Shown here piece after piece: positions 48,830 through 62,300 of a stretch of 64,000 bases of DNA (positions are counted from its first letter, which is position 1; every line of letters begins with the position of its first letter). Source of the stretch: Sminthopsis crassicaudata (taxonomy: Eukaryota); contig NC_133617.1 in NCBI RefSeq assembly GCF_048593235.1, positions 62,767,767-62,831,766 of the forward strand. The letters run 5' to 3'. Both the position numbers and the translations under genes were made by a program. The notes under the pieces were generated by a model, which saw only the letters and a program-made list of their open reading frames with translations, made no database searches and was not told where the DNA came from.

Positions 48830-51800
48830 CTCAACATTTAGCAAGCATTTATTAATCACCACTGTGTACCAGGCACCGTGTACAAGGCATACAAAGAAGG
48901 GCAAAAACAGTCTATATCTTGAGGAGCTGAATGTATTAGGGGAGATAATTTGTAAACAACCAGCAAATTATCTGTGCAGAACAGATTAGAGATAATCAGC
49001 AGAGGGAAGGCACTGACAGTAACAGGGATTAGGGAAGCCAGGAGGCAGAGTGAAGGAGGAAGAGAATTTTAGTTATGGAGGACCGTCAGTGAGGAGGAAG
49101 GAGGAGTGGCGTGTCCTAAGAAAAGCGAGAAAGCCAGAGCTTGTGGGGGTGAATAAGGTGTCAGAAGCCTGAAGGTAGGAGGCATAAAGAGCTTTAAAAG
49201 CCAAACAGAGGGTTTTATATTTTATATTTATGCGAAGAACTTCTGGAAGTGGTTGAATTGGGGGGAGGGGTGGCTTGTACTTTAGGAATTAGAATGGAGT
49301 GAGATGAGACCAGCAGAGGAAAGACAAGGATTTATATAAGAGATGGTACTAAGATGTGACAAATTGGATAAGGGTGGCGGGTTGCACACAGCTCTAGGTT
49401 AAGATTCTGGGTCTAGGAGGATGGTAGTATTCTTGAGAATAATAGGGAAGTTCAGAAGTGTTTGGGTGAAAGGAAAATGAATTCACTTTTGGACATAATT
49501 GAGTTTGAGGTATCCGTGGGACCCACAGTCCATTGGATATTCAATGGAGATAGGCAGTTGGGAATACAAAGTTGGAAATTAGAGAGATTCTAGATCTGAG
49601 AACCTTTTGCTTAGAGATTAGGAGCTAATGAGATTACCAAGTGAAATCATACTAAGGGAGAAGAGAAGAGGGCCCGAGATGAAGCATTAGGGACCGATCC
49701 CAGTGAGCAGGCTTGACCTCAATGAAGATCTGACAGATGGAAAGGGAGTGTGGGCAGACAGTTAGGAGAACCAAAAAAGAACAATGTCACCAAAACCTAA
49801 ACAAAGTATCAAGGCGAAGAGGGAGATGACCCTGCCAAAGGCTGCAGAGAGGCTAAGCAAAATGAGGGCAGGTAGAGTTGATCAATGAGAGATTCCTGGT
49901 TACTTTGTAAAGAGCAGGTTCAGTTTGATCTAAGGTCAGAAGCAGAAAATCAAGAGGAGTGAGGAGAGGAAGTAGAAGGATAAGTGATTGTAGAAGGTCT
50001 TTTCAAGAAATTCAGCCATCAAAAGGAGGTGAGAGATAGAGCCATAGCTAAGCAGGGGGTGAACATATCAAGGGACAGTTTTTCGAGATTGGGGAGGACA
50101 TGGCAGTGGGTCAATAAATGTTTATTAAGTATCTACTATGTGCTAGGTACTGTGCTAAGTGCTAGGGATACAAAAAGGGGCAAAAGCAAGTGCTTATAGT
50201 ACTTACAAGCTATACTCAAACAACATAATCTAGAGGAAGACAAGTATATACAGGATAAGTAGGAAATAACAGAGGGAACATGCTAGAATTAGGAGGGATT
50301 AGGAAGGCTTCCTATAGAAAATAGGATTTTAATTTCAATTTAAAGGAAGTCAGGAGACAGAGATGAAGAGGTATGGGAAGACAGCTGGGAAAAATGCCCA
50401 GAACTTAAACATGGAGTGTTTTTTCATGCAATAGCCAGGAGGCCAATGCCATTGCATCAAAGAGTCCAAGATGGGGATTTAGATGTAAGAACTGTGCAAA
50501 GGTAGTAAGGGTAGGGCTACAATGCAAAGAACTTTAAATGCCAAACACAATTTTGTATTTGATGCTGGAGGTGATAGGGAGCCACTGGAGTTTGTTAAAT
50601 TTCTAGGAGGTGACATGGTCATTCAGAATTTTATAGAAATTACTTTGGCTGCCAAATAGAAGATGGATAAATAGGCAGAACCGCCAAAAAGCTGTTTGTA
50701 ACAGACCAGGTATGAGTTGCTGAGAGCCTGTGCTAGGGTGATGTCATTGTCAGAAGAGAAAAGGGCCAATTGGAGAGAGGTTCAGAGGTGAAATCAACAG
50801 CCTTGGTGACAGATTGTTTATTTGGAATAAGAAATAGTGAGGAATCCAGGATGACACTTGGGTCGGGAGGCTGGGAAGATGGTGTGGCCTTTAGGGAATT
50901 AAAACTAGGGAAAGATAATGAGTTCAGTATGGGTTACGTTGCATTTAAGATGTCTGCTGGACATCCTCTTGGAGATATGTGAAAGGCAGTTGAAGGGGTG
51001 AACACTGGCAGTTAGCAGAAGAGCAGTTAGGCCAGGTCAGATAGACTTGAGAATCATCAGTGTCAAGGTGATAATTAAGTCCATGGGACATGGTGGGCTC
51101 GCCAAATTTTGAGACAAGAGAAGGAAGCCCAGGACTCTAGCAGACACCTCCAGTGAGAGGGCAGACTGGGATGAGGAGCCAGTAAAGGAGACAGAGAAGG
51201 AGCAATCAGACAGATCGGACAGAACCAGGAAAGATCAGTGTCCTAAAGACCTGGAGGTAAGAGAGTGTCAAAAAGACAGTGATCAGCAGGGTCACAGGCT
51301 GCAGAGAAGTCAAGAAGGAGGATGGAGAAAGGTCCATTGGATCTGGCAATTATGAGGTCATTGGCAACTCTAGAAAGAGCAATTTCTGTGGAATGATGAG
51401 GTCAAAGGCCTGAGCATAAGGGATTAAGAGAAGAGAAAGTGGAGATGCTAAGAGGTACCTTCTTAAGAAATTTGGCCACCCACAAAAGGTAGGAGTTGGT
51501 GATTAAGGGGAAGGAGCCGGTGAAAGTTCTTTAAGGTTGGGCAGGTTTACAGGCAGCTGGTAGAGAGAAGGAGAAAAGAGTGACAGAGGTGACGGTTCCC
51601 TGGAAAAAAAATGGAATGGAATAGGAGGATTTGTCCAAATAGAAGGCAATAATGGCCACCTCTTCAAGAGGAGCCCACGGAGGAGGGGAGAGCTCCTGGT
51701 TAACAACTTTACTTTCTGTACAATATGAGGCAAGATCGGCTGAGAGGTTGGGGAAGGGGCCTATGGCCATTCTGAGGGCAAATGAGTGGAAGAGAGCCCC

Positions 51801-52050
51801 AAGGTGGAGATAGAAAAGGATGATGGCCTGGAGAAGAGGTGACAAAAATTTGCAGTGGACCAAGTCAGCACCACTGGAGTGAGTGGGAGTCGGGCAGTGG
51901 GACAGTTAGCGCAGCCACAGTAGGAGACTGAGGGATGCCCCAGAGAAAGACAGTGTAGACTTGAACTGGGTCAGCCAGGGACCAGGATGAAGAAGGGAGA
52001 ACTGAGGTGGAAGGTTTAGAAGGTCACCGTGTGGGACAGAGCAGGTGTTC
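48830..52050 (-). mobile_element. Two long antisense L2 remnants (~48830-49990 and ~50105-52050)
   Basis: Each begins with an L2 3' terminus (catttattaa..tgtaccaggcac; ataaatgtttattaagtatctactatgtgctagg), followed by a purine-rich L2 body. Confidence 0.75.
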
Positions 52051-52825
52051 TGCCTGGGTGCTGGGCCCGAGGCAGGGTCCCAGTAGCCGCAGATTATGAA
52101 CACTTGGAGAAATTCCCCAGGTCCTGAACTTGGCCAGGGCCTGGAGGGTGCTGGCCAGGTTAAGGAAGGGCATGGCCCTTTGGATCAGCAGGGGCCTGGG
52201 GTGGTGAGGAGCAGGGAATTACCCCAGGGGTCCTGACAGCCAATTGGAAGTTAGGAAGACAAGCCTCCTCCCACCTCTTCGGGAGCCAATTGTGAGGCCC
52301 ATCTGCACCTGGGTGCCCACCCTTATTCCCTGTTCCTCTCCTTCCCACCCTGCAACTTGCCCCCTACTGAGTCAGTGGCAGGCCCTTCTTCCCAGCTCTA
52401 ACTGCCCTGGGAAGATCCCCCCTGGCCACTTGGGAACCACAGCCGGCCCAGCCTGGGGGCAATGATTTGGTGAGTAAGATCCTCCTTCCTTACTTTTTGT
52501 CTGGGGGTTAAAGAGCCAGTGCAGCAAGGTGAATGGCACTGGGCTCTGGACCCAGAGGGGCGCCACTGCTTCCTTTAGGCCCAGCTGGCATAGTGGGCGC
52601 TCTTGGCAGACTTGGTGGGCGCTGTCTTCCTCATGGCTGCCCTCCTGACTGCTGCACAGCCTTGCTGAACCCACTGCAGGGGCTCCTGGCTGGCACAAGC
52701 ACCCACTTATTTCTTCTTTGTCTCATCTTTTTAAAGAATGTTAAGTGTTATAATGTATAGAACCAGGACAGTAGGACATTTACATAATTTATAAATGAGT
52801 GAATTTTAGACATATTCCTTGAGGA

Positions 52826-52852
52826 ATACACACACACACACACACACACACA
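52826..52852 (+). repeat. (CA)n microsatellite
   Basis: About 12 CA units. Confidence 0.9.
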
Positions 52853-54157
52853 TTTAACTGATGGTTAAAGTTTGGAAATTACTCGTTTAGGAATGCAGAT
52901 GTCAGATTAGTTAACCTCACCATATCTTTTTTTGGCAAGACATTTGGGGTTCAGTGGCTTGCCCAGGTCACACAGCCAGGAAGTGTGTCTGAGGCTAGAT
53001 TTGAACTCAGGTCCTCCTGACTTCACTGCGTGTCTAGCTGCCCCCTCAGAACTCTATCTTAATTTTCCCCCCAACATAGTAACTAATACAGGAAGCTGCA
53101 AGGGATCTCTGATCTCATTCTTCTAGGTGCTCCTGGCTCATCTGGTGTTTCTGAGAAGTTAGCTAGAGGGTTCCACCTTAGGTGCTCTCTCTACACTTTG
53201 CTACTTATATTTGTTTTATTTTCTTTTTTTTTTTTTTTTTTCTTTTAGTATTGTTAGGCTGATGTTTGAGAAGCAGTTTTGCATCTAAATGAGAAGGCCT
53301 TGGAGTTGGAATCCTTAACCTTTTCTTGTACTTTGGCCCCCTTGGTAATCCATTCTTAGAGGGAAAGGCTAAATGCTAGAAGTTAATGAAAATAAAAGTG
53401 TAATTCTCCCTCTATCCAAGTTCACAGACTCCCTGAAATCTATTCAGGGATTTTCAAGGGAGCCCCATCCCGCTCAGATTAAGAAACCCTGCTGAGGGTT
53501 ACTACCTGAGTAGTGTCTGAGATTTGATGCAGGATGCAGAAAAGTATCTGAAAGGCTGGCCCACCCTCTCAAGGCCAGATACTTCTTTTTGAATGCTTTG
53601 AAAGGTAGTAACAGAGGATCATTGAACATTAGCTTTATGGTTGTTATCTATTAAGAGATCTTGTATTAACTTACAAGAAAAACACCACCTTATGAAAGGA
53701 TAGCTTTTAAAGATATTTTTTGCCATACTGAATCAAAAGGTTTTTTTGTTTATTTTAAATAATTTACACATAATTAACACATACACATTTCAAAGACTGG
53801 AGATGTGGTCTACTATAGAAAATTATTTGGGAAAGTTCCTCTGTTGTTGCCTTGTAATATTTTATTCAAGGATATTCACACATATATTTTATATAAAGAG
53901 ATGAGAATAGCATGCTCTAAAGGTCCTAGCGATTAATCTTTTTTTTGGTTTTAATTCTGCCAATGATCTTTTCCCTGAATATTTGTTATCTTTCTCTTTC
54001 CTTCCTTTCAGTTATTTTGAAAATGACCTCTCAATGCTTTGTGTTAACTCCTACTGTGATTTCTTCTGTGTGCCCTTAGCCTGGGTCAGCCAGTGCTCCC
54101 AGCCTTAATCCTTTCCATGACCATTTCTGTTTCCTCAGATAAGAACATCTGTATCAG

Positions 54158-54300
54158 GGGGCAGCTAGGTGGCGCAGTGGATTGAGCACCAGCCTTGAAT
54201 TCAGGAGAACCCGAGTTCAAATCTGGTCTCAGACACTTAATACTTCCTAGCTGTGTGACCCTGGACAAGTCACTTAACCCCAGCCTCAGAAAAAAAAAAA
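54158..54300 (+). mobile_element. Young WSINE1 with 17-bp TSD
   Basis: TSD aagaacat(c/t)tgtatcag at 54141-54157 and 54301-54317; intact A and B boxes; A tail. Confidence 0.93.
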
Positions 54301-54615
54301 AAGAACATTTGTATCAGAGGTGTTAAAAGTACAAATCCAGTGGCCCTGCCACACTGACATGGATATTTTCTTTGTTTTTAATCTTTGGTTTGTTGCTTTT
54401 GCTTCTAATCCTTCTCCAGAACACTGACCCCAGAAACATGGACAAATATGTTCTATTTTTTTTTTTCCTTTCTGGTTTACCTTGGTTTACTTGGGATGAT
54501 CTGGTTTAGTCAAGTCATGCTAAGCAAGCGCTATATTGTGTTTTGCCCTCTCTGTGTTTTTATGACACAATTCTTAAGAGCATACTTATCTTTACCATCT
54601 TTCTGTCATACTTTC

Positions 54616-54806
54616 CAGTGGTCCTCAAACTTTTTAAATAGGGGCCAGTTCCCTGTCCCTCAAACTGTGGGAGGGTCAGACTATAGTAAAACAAAAGCTC
54701 ACACTCTGTCTCAGCCCTCAGCCCATTTGCCATAACCCAGTGGCCCACAAAAAAACGTCCTCAGCGGGCTGCATCTGGCCCGAGGGCCGTAGTTTGAGAA
54801 CCCCTG
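54616..54806 (+). mobile_element. OC1-type hAT MITE (191 bp)
   Basis: TIRs cagtggtcctcaaact / agtttgagaacccctg (14/16 match); subterminal ggcccgagggccgtagtttgag typical of OC1/nhAT. No clear 8-bp TSD. Confidence 0.8.
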
Positions 54807-54878
54807 CGTTAAACTATTGTATCTGGCTTCCATGTTTCTTTCATTGGCAAGGAAAGTACTGCCTAAGATGTTTGACTT

Positions 54879-55361
54879 TGTGTGGAGTAAGATAAGGTGA
54901 AGAACTTACAAGAATGTTAAATTCCTTTTCTGTATTCTATCTTCTCTAGGTCTCTGTGACCTGCATAAGTATGTTGAGTATTAGCCAATATTCACTCAGA
55001 TTTTAGATATATGTATTTAACCCAGAATGATGAGATCTATCGCTGTTCAAGTTATCAATGTTTAGACAACTAGTTGCCTGATGTATGGTTCCTCCCCGAA
55101 ACAGGGAATCTGCTGGTTTTGGCATGAATAACATCCAATTAAGGAGGGGAGGGGGCACCTATCCCTTAATGTTGCCCAATCCATGTAATTCCTTTGTGAT
55201 TAAAAGCTATAAAAACTGTATATCTTCTCCTAGTTCTTTAGCCCTCCTCACGGTGGAATTGCTCATTCTCATGAGAATTTATTAAATAAATAACTTTTCT
55301 GCTTTTTACTTCCAGAGGTCTCTGAGTAGTCATTTTTGGATAGGATTTTCTATCCCTCACA
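54879..55361 (+). mobile_element. Solo ERV LTR (483 bp)
   Basis: TG...CA ends (tgtgtgga...ccctcaca), 4-bp TSD ACTT, TATAAAA at 55208, ATTAAA/AATAAA at 55281-55290. Confidence 0.7.
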
Positions 55362-56499
55362 ACTTCTTTGTGGTGATTGACTTATATCAATTATAGTAGA
55401 ATATAAAATCCCTGAGATCAGAAACTGGGGGGTTATTTTTTTCCTTTTATCTCTCCAGTGTACCACCTTCCCTGTTCATTCAATTTAATGTTCATTCATT
55501 TGCTTTTGTTGAAATTTAAATAGGAAATAGTGTAATAATTACCCATTTCCCATTGTTAATTGTCAGTTGTTTGAATTGATCAGCATGGACCTTGAGTAAT
55601 TATACAGAGTCTTCTCATCTCTCCTAATTTGGCAGAGATTTTAACTTGTGTTCCAAATAATTGATCATCTAACTACATGCACATATGCCTTATTGGGGAC
55701 TGATTCTTAAATGAGTAGTCATTTCTTGTTCCTTTAAGATAAAATCAGTTACATTTTTGGTGCTTTCATTTGGTGCTCATTATGTCAAAGGCTTTCTTGC
55801 TATCTTTCTGAGCTTTTGGCCTTTTTCATTTAATCCTGAAAATACTTTACAATATTTTTTTCACCATTTTTCCCAGAGCCTACATTTGCATTTAACTCAC
55901 CCAATGTCAATATATTTGTTGATTTGGGTTAGAGGATCTTGCCAAGTTTGTCATAGCATTTTCTACATTTTTGTACTCTACACCAGATGTTCTCCATAAA
56001 AATGTAGTTATCATTATGAGGGCAGTCATTTTTTGCTCTTGTTTATCATGAGTGTTGCAAGACAGCGACTAAATAGCTTGTGAAATTATATTTCTTGTTG
56101 CCTTTGGGCACAAGATTCAATTTACCAAACTTCTGTTAACCCTTACTTCTCCAAAGAGCACCTTTGAGCCATTATTCTACTAAGTAGTAAAATGAAAAAA
56201 AAAGGTTTTAAGGTGAAAACAAAGGGAAAAAAAGCTCTGTATCAGGAGGCTGAAGGGTGCACATTGAAGACAGAACAGAAGTACAGCTGAATTTTGAGAG
56301 CTAAGAGAAGTCTGAGACCCCACCCCTAAAGGAGGAAGTGCTGCTGGGGGCCCCAGGCTGAGGCTCTGCTGCACCACTGTTGTATAGTGAGCCATGCACT
56401 TTGGACTGGATTCAATCCTAGTTGAGCCTGCCTTTAGTGAGAGAGGGGCCATGTTCCCTTTTCTCATATTTTTTGGCTTTTTAAATGTCCTCTAATCAG

Positions 56500-58565
56500 C
56501 TTTTTTGTGGTGACAAAGAATTGGAAACTGAAACCCATCAGCTGGGCAGAGCAAATCATGGTATGTGATTGTGGTGAAATACTATTGTTCTGAAAAAAAT
56601 GTCAAGCAGGATGGATTTCAGAAAAACCTGGAAACTTAATATAAACTAATACTGATAAATAAAGTGAGCAGACCCATGAGAACATTGTATACAGCAACAA
56701 TAGTACTGTAAATAACAACTATACTCAGCAATAGTGATCCAAGACAATTTTAAAGGACATATCATGAAAAATGCTATCCACATCCAGAGAATGAACAGTT
56801 AGTCTGAATGCAGATGAAAGCATATTTTTTATTATTAAATCTTTTTATTTTAAATATATATATAGATAATTTTCAACATTCGCCCTTGCAAAACCTTGTG
56901 TTCCAAAAATTTTCCCTCCCTTCCTCCTACCTCCACTCCTAGATACCAAGTAATATGTTAAACATGCGCAATTCTTCTATATATATTTTCACAGTTATCA
57001 TGCTGCGCAAGAAAAATCAGATCAAAAAGGAAAAAATGAGAAAGAAAACAAAATGCAAGCAAACGACAAAAAGAACATGAAAAAACTATATTTGATCCAG
57101 AGGTCTCTTTCTATCACAACACCATTGAAACTGTCTTGAATCACCTCACTGTTTAAAAGAGCCAAGTCCATCAAAATTTATCATCATATAATCTTGCTAT
57201 TGCCATATATAATGTTCTCTTGGTTCTACTCACTTTACTTAGCATCAGTTCTTGTAAGTCTTTCTAGGCCTCTCTGAAATCCTGATGATCGTTTCTTATA
57301 GAACAGTAACATTCCATAGCATTCATATACCATAATTTATTTAGCCATTCCCCAATTGAGGGGCATCCACTCAGTTTCCCGTTTCTGGCCACTGCAAAAG
57401 GGACTGCCACAAACATTTTTGCACATACAGGTCCCTTTTCTTCCTTTAAGATCTCTTTGGGATATAATTATAAGCACAGTAGGAACAGTGCTGGATCAAA
57501 GGGTATGCACTTTGATAACTTTTTGAGCATAGTTCCATATTGTTCTCCAGAATGGTTGAATCAGTTCACAACTCCAGAACAATGTGTTAGTGTCCCAGTT
57601 TTCCCACATCCCCTCCAAAACTGGTCATTATCTTTTCCTGTTATTTTAGCCAATCTGAGAGATGTGTAATGGTACCTCAGAGTTGATTGTCTTCATTTGC
57701 ATTTCTCTGATAAATAGTTATTTAGAGCACCTTTTCATATGACTAGAAATGGTTTCAGTTTTTTTTGGCTGAAAATTGCCTGTTAAGAGAATGGCTTGAA
57801 TTCTTATAAATTTGAGCTAACTCTCTATATATTTTAGAAATGAAGCCTTTATCGAAAGCTTTGAATGCAAAAAATTTTTCCAGTTTATTGCTTCCAGTTT
57901 TGTTTGTACAAAAACTTTTAAATTTAATATTAAATAATATTTATTATAATAATAATAAATATATATAATAAATTATTATTATAATTTAATATTAAATAAT
58001 ATTAAAATATAGTCTAGTTCTTCTTTGTCCACAGATTCCTTCCTTCTCCACAGATCTGAGAGATAAACTATTCTTTGTTCTTCTAATTTGCTTATTATAT
58101 CATTCCTTATGTCTGAATTATGAACCCATTTCAACCTTATCTTGATACAGAGTGTTAGGTGTGAATCAATGCCTAGTTTCTTCCATTCCAATTTCCAATT
58201 TTCCCAGAAATTTTTGTCAAATAGTGAATTCTTATCCCAGAAGCTGGGATTTTGGGGTTTATCACAACTAGATTACTATAGTCATTGACTATGTCTTGTG
58301 AACTTAGCCTATTCCACTTCTCAACTACTCTGTTTCTTAGCCAGTACCAAATGGTTCTGATGACCTCTTTAAAGTTAAAAAAAAAAAAATTGGGGGGGGG
58401 GTCTGTGTTTTCCTTTGACATGGTTAATATGTTTTTGTATGACTGCACATGTATAATTATATTAAATTGCTTGACTTCTCAAGGAGCAGGGACTGCTGGG
58501 GAGAATTTGGAACTCAAACTTTTTAAAAATGAATGCTAAAAATTGTTTTTACATGTAATTGAGAA
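56500..58565. mobile_element. Nested L1s: minus L1 (~56830-58340) inside a plus-strand L1 3' end
   Basis: Plus-strand L1 3' motifs at 56500-56830 resume at ~58400 (gactgcacatgtata...gaatttggaactcaaa); antisense L1 motifs lie between. Confidence 0.7.
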
Positions 58566-61549
58566 AAAACTAAAATTTTAAAAGTCTCCAATTGCAGCCT
58601 CTCAGAGATGATATTACTTAAGGCTCAACCCTGGAGTGTCCTTAAAGAAGGGGGGGCAAAACCAAACATAACAAAGGAAATAAGCATTTATTATGCACCT
58701 ATTATATGCCAAGCACTGTTCTAAACATTTTAGAAATATCTTATTTAATCCTCATAACAATTCCAGGATGTAGGTGCTCTCATTTTCCCCATTTTATAGC
58801 AGAGATATAAGAGGCAGTTGGATGCTCAAGGCCATACTTATAGCTAATAAGTGTCTGAGGGCAGATTTGAACTCAGCTCTTTTGGACTCCCACCCAGTGC
58901 TCTCCCTCTCTCACCATCTACTTAAACCATCCCAGAACATGATCAGTTTTCAGGATTGCTGTTGGCATTTTATAATTTGACCTCCAGTCTGCACTCTCCA
59001 AACAGTTCCCAGCACACAGCTACTGTTAGAACAGTCAGACACTGGTGGTCCTTTTATTGGTCCTTTTCTCCAAAAGCAGTTCCTCCCTTGCCATTACCTG
59101 GGATCTTCCAAATCTTCTCCCTCCCTGGACACTTCCATCTCAGGATGTGATTCATCCAGGCTCAGAAAAGGCGATCCACATCCAGGTCTAGGCTTCCCTG
59201 GTCAGGGCACATTCTTTAGAGCAGTCCACCTTTTTCCACCAGTGACCCCGAGTGTATAAGTATGCAAAATAGGTATACAAATCAAACATTTACTGATAAT
59301 AAAACATAAAGAAATTTAACTTTAAAATTAAAATTTATTTTGGCATACATATAATTTTACCATTTGTGAAAGCTTTGCTTTAGATGCCATAGCCTTATGC
59401 ACCCCGTTCTCAAGAAGCAGATCATAACAGTCTTGTCTGGATCAGTGGCCAGAAAAGGAAGGGAAAAGGAAGGGAATGGGCTTCTGGGCACCCCGGAATC
59501 ATCAGCTAGTCCCTTTCCTTGCTAGTAGGGGGCCTCCTCTCCATCTTGCTGCGGAAGCCTTTGTCAGGGATCCCCCCACAGTCAGAAGGAGGCTCCTCAA
59601 AGTTTGCACGTGGTGCCTAGATTCAAAATCGCACCCTTTTTGCAAGGGGGTCATCCTCCTCAGACGGGGACGGCTTGACTGTCCCACGAGCTGGTGCATA
59701 CAGCCCTTAGTCTCTCTCTCTCAGGAGTCATCATGATCTGCACGGGGCAAAAATCGGGCCCACTGGCCATAGCCCAGGGGGCTCTGGTCTTCCGCTCCCG
59801 ATCCCCCCCCAGCACTGCCCAGTGGCCCTGGCTCTCACCCACCATTCCCCTGATCGGGCCACGGCCCTCGGACTCCTGGCATAGCCCATCTAAAAGAATG
59901 GGGCACTTTTGTCTGGGTTACTGTGGTCACCTTTAAAGTCACATAACTTGTCACATAAAATAGCCCACATATTGATGAAGTGGGAGATTCAGATACGGCC
60001 TCAGATAGCTGGGTGATCATGTGCAAGTCACGTTCCCTGTTTGCCTCAGTTTCCTCATCTGTAAAATGAGACGGAAAAGGAAATGGCTGCAGGATCTTTG
60101 TCAAGAACCCCCCCAATGGGGTCACAAAGAGCCAGACACATCCGCTGTGTCAGCCCTTCCATCTTAAAGCAGGCTGCACTCTCTCCTCTGGCCACTAGTA
60201 GCCACTCACAACCCAACTGTTTCTCTTAGTGACTTAGCACATTCCCACACAGAGCGGCTACCAACTCCACGTAGCTGCTACTTTCCCATTTCTAATCTAG
60301 TGGAAGAAAATATTTTAAAGCAACTCCACTCCTGTTTAGAATAGCTACTCCCCAGATTTCCCTCCCCTCAGTAGCCAGTGAATTAGACACACAAAACATG
60401 GATCACTGCAGTTTTAGTGTATATGCAATTAAAGTAAAAATAAAAGAGAAAATCTCCTAGTACCCCTGATATAATTAGGCAATATTTTCTGGCTTCCTCC
60501 TGCTTGTTCTGACCCTGGGGAAAGTCTCCATGGGCTAAAGCAGTTCATAGAGAATGGGGAAGAGGAGACACTCCCAGAGCCCCTTGGTGATGAAATCGAC
60601 TTTCCCTGGTTCACCCAGTATAACTTGCTAAGCAAGGCTCCTAGTCCTGAACCTGTCCTCAGAAAGCTCTGGTCTTGTTGCAACATAGGAGATTAAAATG
60701 AACCAAGGACAGACCCTTCAAAGTACAAAGGTCCACAATCTGCTCCCTTTCTTAGTTACTTGGGCTTCGGATGATTTAAATGGACAAAGGTGGTGAAGTT
60801 ACCACAGGTTGTAACAAAAGGAGGAAAATTTTGATGACAAAAAAAAGTTATCTAAAAGATTAACGTGTATATACTTCTAACCCACTTCAATCTTAAAAAG
60901 ACATAAATAAAAGCTAGAACGATGGGCAGATAATGGAGGAAGAATAAAAACGGGGTCAGGAGTGCAAATGTGCAAAGTGAGCTGAGGTTGGTAAATAGAT
61001 ATAAAAGATTTAAAATTTTATTGTTATTTATTTTTTACAGCAGTGAGGACCATTTCATGGAAGTAAGGGCTACCCCATGGAGGATGCTTAGTGGCCCTTT
61101 TTAGTTCTAGCTCACCATTTCAGTACTTGGATGAGTGCTCCCTTTTAAAATGACCCAACTCCATGTGTTAGTGATTCAGTGATAAAAGTACTGGTATTTT
61201 GATATGATGGAGGGAAAAAACCTTGGACACTCCCTGATGTCCTCCCTTTGCCCCATGTCAGCACTTACTTGGGGGAGGGAGGGAGATCCAGGCTGCTGTG
61301 TTAGGTAAAAAAGAAGATATTATTTCCAATTTATACCCAACTAGCACATTCTGTTTAGGGGTGGTGCTCTTTCCTCTCACCTTCTAACTACTACATGAAG
61401 CATGGACTCAACTAGATGATCTTGTTCCTCAGGCCCCTGGGCCCCTGACACACTAGAATAGATGATTCAAGAATGGTTATCAGCTTCAAAAGGGTACAAA
61501 GCTCACAAGTAGCTAGTGGGGGCTTCATCAAAACAGGTTATGCCAGATT

Positions 61550-61745
61550 AATTTGTCTCCTATTTTCGCAGACTTAGTACAGGGGAATCAAGGAAATGCT
61601 GTGGATAGAGTTAACTTAGATTTTTTCTTTTTAAAAAGAAACATAATTTATTTGTATAAAATTAACAAAAACCAGTCAGGCTGGTTGAATGGCCCGACTC
61701 AAAGAGAAATCCATTTCATGACTCTTAGAAGAGGTTTTGAATAGA
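61550..61745 (+). mobile_element. CR1/L3 LINE fragment
   Basis: Translates QGNAVDRVNLDF, like the CR1 RT motif GNAVDxVYLDF. Confidence 0.55.
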
Positions 61746-61829
61746 GTGCTGTAGGAATCAAAAGAAGACCAAGCTTGATCATCTACACAGGAAAAAGAGT
61801 GTTTTTTGCTCATATTTCAGCATATATCA

Positions 61830-62300
61830 GAATGGACACACTATGACATTGTATCTGGGACAGGCAATACAGACAGACAGTGAGCTGAACACATAGTTGA
61901 AAAGTAATGTGAACTGGTTTATTTTTTGAAAATTGCAAAGTAGTGTTACTGACCAGGTCACCATGCTTCCTATAAGAACTAGGGTCAGTCTTTTTTAATG
62001 CAAATATTTTCCTGGTACTCCTTTTGGCAATGGGACCTGAAAGACTACTTGACCCTAAGGAATTACATTTCTGAGGGCATGGGTATGAACAGGCTGCCAC
62101 CTATAACTAATGTGGAATAACAGAAGTTTTGAACAGGAGTAATGAATGTCATCAAAGAACCATGTTACAAAAGAGGATCATCCAGTCACATGACAAGGGG
62201 ATGGATTCCCATAAGGCATCCAGTATCTTACAGGGAAAGTACCTAGTGTATTGGATAGTTCCGCATGGCAAACATTTGGGAGGACATGGATAAGAGTCTT
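61830..62300 (+). mobile_element. RTE-clade LINE 3' fragment
   Basis: tatctgggacagg..cagacagacagtgagctg, aaattgcaaag, atgtcatcaaagaa, ggaggacatggataagag; same family as 3481-3900. Confidence 0.55.

Noticed and set aside
52575-52640. Histone-tail-like peptide MRKTAPTKSAKSAH on minus
   Set aside because: Only 19 codons, with no histone fold downstream; similarity too weak.
57915-58010. AT-only tract with a repeated aatttaatattaaataatatt
   Set aside because: Slippage expansion inside an old L1; no sign of function.
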